Shown here: one piece after another, positions 1 through 6,143 of the stretch | Layout: the number at the start of each line of letters is the position of its first letter | How positions within the stretch are numbered: position 1 is the stretch's first letter | Source: Oopsacas minuta | Taxonomy: Eukaryota; Animalia; Porifera | Direction of reading: 5' to 3' | Length of the DNA: 9,640 nucleotides | Assembly (NCBI GenBank): GCA_024704765.1 | Contig: JAKMXF010000145.1 | Coordinates: 4,424-14,063, forward strand | The notes under the pieces: model-generated | Seen by the model: the letters and a program-made list of their open reading frames with translations, nothing else | Told to the model about the DNA's origin: nothing | Database searches by the model: none | Made by a program: the position numbers and the translations under genes

Positions 1-2
1 TA

Positions 3-647
3 GAGATTATTAACCAGGATATAATTAATAAAGCTATAGAAACACTTAAAAATGGGAATACTTTTAAGTCAGATATCAGGTTTCAGAACTATCATGGACA
101 TTCTCTACTCTTCGTTTCCATCCTAGCAAGGAATTTAACGTCCACTCTGGCTCTCCTTAGAAACGGCGCACCCATCAACCAAGTGGACAACGAGAGAAGA
201 ACAATATTCCATTATTTGGCTGAAAGGAATGCTGAATATTATGCGAGTAAAATTTTTAAAGAATTTACTTTCCCGACAAACGAAACCTCGCAGGTTCTGA
301 AAATTTGGAATAAGGAGGGGGTTACGTCAATCCAACTCGCGGTCCTGGAGGGTAACATGGAAGCATTCCATTACTTCTATAATATTGGTGGGGACCAATT
401 GTACCAGAAGGACAAGAAGAAGGGGTACACACTTCTCCACATGTCTGCAGGGAAGGGTAACGAATTTCTGGTCGATATGCTACTGAATAAAGAGGACGAA
501 GAGATCGATAATAACGAACAGGCCTTAGATGAAGCTACACCGCTCCATCTAGCTGTCGCACACGGCCACATAAATATAGTGGAGAGTCTCTTGAACGCTG
601 GCGCAATTGCTACAATATTTATGAGAGAATACTCAATCATGGGTTAA
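3..647 (+). CDS. Ankyrin-repeat protein, 5'-partial (frame open from window start); C-terminus possibly frameshifted
   Basis: Frame 3 has no stop from nt 3 (EIINQDIINK...) to TAA 645-647, so the listed GTG at 183 is internal. About five ankyrin-type motifs are visible: GHSLLFVSILARNLTSTLALLRNGAPINQVD, RRTIFHYLAERN, GVTSIQLAVLEGN, GYTLLHMSAGKGNEFLVDMLL and ATPLHLAVAHGHINIVESLLNAGA. No intron is evident. Confidence 0.88.
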   Translation, partial: EIINQDIINKAIETLKNGNTFKSDIRFQNYHGHSLLFVSILARNLTSTLALLRNGAPINQVDNERRTIFHYLAERNAEYYASKIFKEFTFPTNETSQVLKIWNKEGVTSIQLAVLEGNMEAFHYFYNIGGDQLYQKDKKKGYTLLHMSAGKGNEFLVDMLLNKEDEEIDNNEQALDEATPLHLAVAHGHINIVESLLNAGAIATIFMREYSIMG

Positions 648-837
648 TTCCTGAAGAATGTGAAAGGGAAATGCTAGGCTTGTTCTCCAAGAAACTTCGA
701 CCAAGTGAATACCGTTTTTTGGATGAAACATGTTAGAAGTTAGTGACACTGAAGACAGTAATTAGTTCACATTCCAAAGGCTTAATTATCGGATTACATA
801 TGATTAATCTTAATACCTTTATAATTTACAACATTAC

Positions 838-2031
838 CTGTAAAGTATTGTCTATTCCTAGCGGTACAGGCATATGTACAGGGGCTCCACCAGTGAGCAG
901 ACATAGATAGAGCTTCTTAGCTTTAATACTGTGTCGATAATCTATTACCAGTCCACCTGTGAATCCTACTTTTGTTGCCTAGAGGACAATAAGGATACCA
1001 AACCAATGGAGTCAATATTCGTTAGGTGTTAAAAAATAATACAACATTCATTTAACCTCGTACTCTCCCAACTTTTCACCCTAAGAGGCGTGGAGCCCCC
1101 TGCTGTCGTTCGTGGACCACCAAGAGGTTAAAGGACACCAGGTTTGGAACAGCTGATTTAACCAAATAGAATGTCAATATATACATACTGGGTAAACCCT
1201 GTAATCTGATTGAGCGACACAATTAGTTACTTTTCCCACAGATTTGTGAATATTTTTGGCTTAAATATTCCTGGTTGCTAGGCAATTAGCCTGGAATGTA
1301 AGCAATTCCATTTGCTCAGAATTTTCTGGATATACTTGCAATACAGCTTTAGTTCCTCTCCGTAGTGCTGAGTATAAAGTTGAAAACAAAGTATACATTC
1401 GTTTGACAGGATTATGTAGTTTAGTATCAGCATTGCATAGCCATTGAACAGCTGATATACTAATAGCACCATAGAATACGCCAGGTCTAAATGGTACACT
1501 TTGATCCATGTCCCCTAGTAACAAGTCTCCATCGACCTCTCTCTCTAGCAACATTGAGTATAGCTTGGCTGATATCTAAACTAACCCAATGGTGACCCTA
1601 AGGGGTAAAATTACATAATACGAATATAGAATTAGATAATTCAAATCTTTCCAAACAATCGTTTTATTCGAATTAGAATTTTCTATATTCACTGACATTT
1701 TAGTTGCTCAATTGTGTCGCCAAGAAGTAACATACTATATATAGGGGATGGTTATATCCACGGACGACAGTAGGGGGTGCACAGGTTAAAATGTCAGGTA
1801 TTTGTATATCTACGCGTTCAGTTATATATTCCCCGCTTAGACCAGAACCACATCCAATATAATATCTAGCAATAACTGCGGACAATCTGTTGGTAAATTG
1901 AGTATTTCCACTGCCCTCTGTGTCATGATCAATTTACTTCTATTATTCTACCATTCTGTGTGTATTTCCTTGCTTCAACACTGTTATAGTATAGCTCAGC
2001 TGGTCCCCGTGTGTTCTGCACGATGTGACAT
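838..2031 (-). pseudogene. BUD23: Unprocessed (intron-retaining) pseudogene of 18S rRNA (guanine-N7) methyltransferase BUD23/WBSCR22; exons 2031-1814, 1597-1291, 978-838; terminal exon not in view
   Basis: Manual reconstruction gives MSHRAEHTG/PAELYYNSVEARKYTQNGRIIEV/LIMTQRAVEILNLPTDCPQLLLDI/GCGSGLSGEYITER|[58 protein letters not shown]...[19 protein letters not shown]|ATKVGFTGGLVIDYRHSIKAKKLYLCLLTGG. This is collinear with the BUD23 motifs RPEH, LLDIGCGxGLSG, [29 protein letters not shown] and GFxGGxVVDYPxSxKAKK. Frameshifts: +1 in a G-run (~2005-2008), -1 (~1934), +5 (1856-1865) and -2 in an AG repeat (1537-1546). Introns are 1813-1598 (GT..AG) and 1290-979 (GC..AG), plus a GT donor at 837. 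Confidence 0.93.
1058..1155. mobile_element. Possible short MITE remnant (hAT-like) in BUD23 intron 2
   Basis: A GC-richer patch inside an AT-rich intron, ending ...CGTGGACCACC...CACCAGGTTTGGAACAGCTG, which resembles hAT-MITE termini. The left end is degenerate (TACTCTCCCAACTTTT) and I could not identify a target-site duplication. Confidence 0.25.
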
Positions 2032-2074
2032 TTGAAACGTATATGAAGCTAGGGGAATATAATTTTAAACAGAA

Positions 2075-2845
2075 TTGAAAATATTTGTAAACAATAAGTG
2101 TTATATTAATAGAGATAAAACTGTAGTAAAAGATAAATTGATCCCTATTAAGCGTCAGAAGTTGTCTACGTTACGTATGATTTGCAAATTACCAGAAATA
2201 AAGACTGCGTCAATTATTACTGATGAAGAATTGGTAGAGTCAAGTATCTTACGATATATTATACCAAGCTTTCGTCCACAACAAATTGAATGGCAAATTG
2301 TTACCTGTAAGAAATGGAAACTACATTATAGTAATCAGATTGTCTATTCTTTAGATAATTTAATTGATAATGGTGAAGGATTATATGTGTATAATCCCGG
2401 AACAACAGAAACAATATCAAGTGATGGAAACTGTTATTTTTCTACAATTTCTTATCCGACAACAGGTAGTAAAACCTATCATAAAGAATTACGTGCAATT
2501 ATCGTTGAAAACATGCTCGGTAAATTAAGTGCGAGTTGTAATGCGTTTTTGCGTACTAAGTATATCTATACTAAAAGTAATATTAGGAATATTCAGGATT
2601 GGGTAAATAAAATGGAGATGAATATGGTTGGGAAATGTGCTACTCACTTAGAGGTATTTGCAACTTCGTTGTTATTTAATATAGATATTTGGGTGTTTTT
2701 GGGCCCTACTGGAACTCGTTGGGCAGGGTTATCAGGTAATGGATCAAATTTTGATTAATTATTAAAGGAGCCAACTTCAAATGGTTTATATATTCAGAAT
2801 TTATGTAATCATTACCAGCCCGTACTATCTCTAATTTATTATTAA
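2075..2845 (+). pseudogene. OTU-like cysteine protease (deubiquitinase fold), Helitron/Helentron-associated type, interrupted by an in-frame stop
   Basis: The Cys box TISSDGNCYFSTIS, the helix HKELRAIIV and GKCATHLEVFA (normally GxWATxxE) lie in the listed ORF. Reading through TAA 2756-2758 in the same frame gives LLKEPTSNGLYIQNLCNHYQPVLSLIYY* (stop 2843-2845), which contains the OTU His box. There is no nearby ATG (listed start is TTG; TAA at 2066-2068); a candidate splice acceptor TTTTAAACAG ends at 2072. Confidence 0.8.
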
Positions 2846-3267
2846 AAGCAACCTAATCATTGGTTCCAATTTATGGCAGCGAAAATTACATATTTACAAA
2901 CAAGATTATTAGTGAAACAATAAATATTTTGTATATATGAATTTTTAATATTTTGTGAGATTTCATCTAAATATATAAATTGATTGTGACAAAGATCACA
3001 AATGTAAGTATATACGTATATGTATCGACAGTTGGATTATATGGAACTATTATATGACCTTTTCTCTAACCAAGATACGATTAAAAGCTGGATTATATTA
3101 CGCAGGATTTGAAAACTAACACAACACCAATATGTAAAGTTCTGGGGGATATATTAATAATAAAGTAAACAATGAACAAGAAATCTATATTCTTATCGTT
3201 ACAATTATCTTAATCAATATAGGAATTATATCTACAAATCTCTGTTAAAAAATAACACTCGTATTTT

Positions 3268-3372
3268 ATCCCGGGTTTCAATCCGGGGTTTCAATCCTGG
3301 TATTAACTCTCGGGATTTATTCTCGGCGGTGAGATAGATCAACTTCCCGGGGTTCTGGGATTGCAAGCCCTA
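3268..3372. repeat. Degenerate ~13-bp tandem repeats ending in a TIR-like motif (probable MITE end)
   Basis: ATCCCGGGTTTCA (3268-3280), ATCCGGGGTTTCA (3281-3293), ATCCTGGTATTA and ACTCTCGGGATTT, followed by GGGATTGCAAGCCCTA (to 3372). It forms a GC island in very AT-rich flanks. Confidence 0.5.
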
Positions 3373-4807
3373 ATTGTAATTATTATCAGAATTTGAATTT
3401 TCCCAATCTGTGTGCATATATTCATTCTTCATCAGTTTTACATTAAAACGAACATTATTTATATAATGAATTAGTTAATCATGTTGTATTACTGAATTTT
3501 CGTTCACTCTTCTTACTGTATCCAGGCCTTTTGTTTGAATTAGTGTTAGCCTGGTCCCGGATGTTGTCAGGGTGTTTTACGCACAATTTGAGTTTCTACG
3601 ATGGGAGTTAATTAGTTTTACTTGTTCGCTTTCCAGCAAGAAGTAGTCAACACTTTTTGTATTAATGTTTCAGTTCGTTTGCATGTAACCTGTTTGCAAA
3701 TAATTCAGTATAATTTTTTAAGTGTAATCTAAATTTTTCATTGAAAGTAGTTTCCTATTTGTGCATCTATTACAAATCTTCACAGTAAGTATACATTATA
3801 CACAATTTTAAACCATTGCTATATTAGCAGCATTTTAATAAACACGTAAATGAGGAGAATATTCTTACATTCAATGTGTGATTATGTTAAAACACTAATT
3901 GACAAATAATGAATTTCAAAGAACCAAATATCACAAAAATATATTGAATGAAGTGTTAGTAGAATTAAAGTGAAAATGATAATACGGATAAAGAAAAATT
4001 TTGAGTACCGAAATCCACTGATCTCCATATGCATCTTCCTAGTTGCTGAAATTTGTCAATGTTAATCAATGGACTATATAACCTGATTACCTGTCTTTAG
4101 AGCTTCCTTAGTGGCTAACTTCAACAATATTTAATCTATTACAAATTGCTTATAGTCCTGATGGAAACAATTAAGAGTGGTCAGGCAATGGCCGACCCGA
4201 GGCTACAGCAATGCGTTATAATAAATGTATATTAGGTATCGTTACAAGGGGTTGGTAAGTATGCGATAAGTATAGTCCAATGTCAAATTTCGATCCTGTC
4301 TCAATCAAGCAAGTGTATACATGGCGAATTAACGGGAATTCATAATCAATACTAATGATAACACGCTATACATAGGTTGTTTAGTTTATCGTTGTATCAA
4401 TACATGTACATGCTGTATGTTGGGCCTGTTGCTAGGATTTTGACCCGCAAGTAGCAATTGCAAATCAAGTAATATCAACATTTCATCCCTAGTCACATAG
4501 TATTCGTATTTATACATATGTGACTTCCTAAATGCACACTAACATTTTACTTTGTTTCTAGATTTCAACATCAATCTTGTATTTACTTTTGACATTTTTC
4601 ATTATGGATGCGACAGAGTATGAAGCAATTCGTAGATACCTCCAGACGAATATTATCCCACCAGAAATCAAGAGTGATCGCTACAGAAAGAAGAATTTTG
4701 TCAGAAAGTGCAAGGGGATGTACTTTCAAGAGAATAAGCAAATGAAGGTATATTCCTGAACTGATATTTTTGATTTATACTTATTTCCGGGACATAATTA
4801 GAAATCT

Positions 4808-4853
4808 TGAGGCAACTACATATGTGCGAGGAGGCAGATATGTAGATGCCTCA
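4808..4853. repeat. Inverted repeat / hairpin (16-bp arms, 1 mismatch, 14-nt loop) inside the 4748-4963 intron
   Basis: TGAGGCAACTACATAT (4808-4823) pairs with ATATGTAGATGCCTCA (4838-4853) at 15/16 positions. Confidence 0.85.
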
Positions 4854-5050
4854 TTAAATTTGCGTACCATAGGAAGATGAGAAGGGCGAAAACGCTAGGG
4901 GGATCCTCTGCCCCTCAATACTACCTACAACCTCTGAGTTTAACTAAAATAATTTTCTTGTAGATTTTCAGAAAGAAGAATGGCTGTGTGAAATACTTGG
5001 AGATTCCACTAGTCTCAGAAATTGACAACATTATCGGATTCTATCACAAT

Positions 5051-5051
5051 N
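5051..5051. other. Ambiguous base (N): possible assembly gap or join
   Basis: A single n at 5051, directly after the H-N codons where the integrase-like similarity stops. Confidence 0.9.
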
Positions 5052-5519
5052 ATTGTAAGGATGTAAAATCCATATTAGAAGTGCTCCTAGAAAGAAGCAA
5101 ATCTGAAACTAACAATTCTTAATTACGTTCACTAATTATGAGTACTATTCACTTTATTGATTCATTGTTACATGTTTTATTCATTTGTTGCTTGATAACC
5201 TTCCTCGTTATCACAACTAATCCAGCGTATCCAATATTTAAGTCTATTATAGTCTATATTTTAATCGTTGTACACGAAGATCTCATTTTAAGATTTGTAA
5301 TACAATGGAAATCGTCTATTAGCAATTCGTGTACTAACAAATCTGCCTATCGGTAGCTTTTTCATTCACATAGGTCCAGTTTGTATGTTATTTAAGGGTT
5401 CCAGGGATCCCCCTTTTCTGAAGTAATGTAACAATAGCTCATATTTTTTAGTAAAGTCAGATTGCTCTCTGCTCAGAAGAGAGATGCTCCTAATTTACAA
5501 CCAATAGTTGAATATTCGG

Positions 5520-5597
5520 ATTCACCAATAATATTTGGTGAATAGGGGATATTCGAACCGAATAATTTGGTTAGCTGATTTATTTGAGTAACCAAAT
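5520..5597. repeat. Three adjacent short inverted repeats
   Basis: ATTCACCAA/TTGGTGAAT (5520-5528/5535-5543), TATTCG/CGAATA (5550-5555/5559-5564) and ATTTGGTTA/TAACCAAAT (5565-5573/5589-5597). Confidence 0.7.
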
Positions 5598-5689
5598 ATA
5601 TTAGCTATCCATCAAGATAGCACATGTAATCGGTGCACGAAAAAAAGGTACCCGGGAACGATGGTCAGTTACCGGGCAAGCCCGGGTGT

Positions 5690-6135
5690 GGCTACGTCAC
5701 TGGACCCACACAATTTTAATCACGAAATGTAAAAACTTTGAAGTCTCCAATTTTATCATTCAATGGTTATGTGCATTTTTATCGAATAGGTCCAAAAGGG
5801 TGAGGCTTGGTCAGGAGTTGTCCGACTGGGTTTGTCTGAAGGGGTCTGTCCCACAAGGATCGTGGCTGGGACCCCTCCTCTTCATTGTACATTATCAGTG
5901 ATTTGGACCCTCCATGGTTCATGCACAAGTTTATTGACGATATCACCTCATCGGTTCAGTTCCAGAAGGAGAGCTTGAGACCAAGCAGCTTCCTGGTCCA
6001 CCGGGAACAAATGATACCCAACAACAAAACTAAGGATATGATTATATTGTTCCACAAAACACTCACTGAGTATTCCTCCCCTCCAATTACGATTGAAGGG
6101 ATGGTTATACAGGGCCGTAACCGCCAAAATAAAAG
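5690..6135 (+). mobile_element. Degenerate non-LTR retrotransposon reverse transcriptase fragment (CR1/L2-group-like), internal and truncated at both ends
   Basis: D/HTILITK...WLCAFLSNRSKRVRLG...WVCLKGSVPQGSWLGPLLFIV/IISDL...HKFIDDIT (catalytic xxDD), then L/DQAASWSTGNK/M...KTKDMIILF...PITIEG. Frameshifts occur at ~5706, ~5890, ~5978 and ~6011; the last two compensate for each other. Confidence 0.9.
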
Positions 6136-6143
6136 TGGTCAGG

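Larger units (their letters stand above)
4604..5122 (+). mobile_element. Two-exon fragment resembling the N-terminal region of Gypsy-like (GIN/Ginger-type) integrases; truncated after the first His
   Basis: Exon 4604-4747 (MDATEYEAIRRYLQTNIIPPEIKSDRYRKKNFVRKCKGMYFQENKQMK) ends at donor AAG|GTATAT. Acceptor TTTTCTTGTAG| precedes exon 4964-5122 (IFRKKNGCVKYLEIPLVSEIDNIIGFYHNxCKD...*), joined in phase 0. The pattern YxxIxxYL...P......K+NF+R....(intron)...+I+..YH matches the region upstream of the integrase H2C2 Zn-binding motif. No second His/CxxC and no DDE core are seen. Confidence 0.5.

Noticed and set aside
377-640. 87-aa minus-strand ORF
   Set aside because: Antisense shadow of the ankyrin CDS with no recognisable motif.
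1278-1499. 73-aa minus-strand ORF
   Set aside because: Alternative frame overlapping BUD23 exon 2.
2049-2055. CTAG as a Helitron 3' terminus between BUD23 and OTU
   Set aside because: It is not followed by T on either strand and has no upstream GC-rich hairpin.
1598-4963. Two introns (1598-1813 and 4748-4963) are both 216 nt
   Set aside because: I saw no sequence similarity between them, so this is treated as coincidence.
5138-5356. 72-aa hydrophobic ORF (possible small membrane protein)
   Set aside because: Its composition is what AT-rich open frames give by chance. The antisense frame has an ADLLVHE-like word but also stops, so neither strand can be supported.
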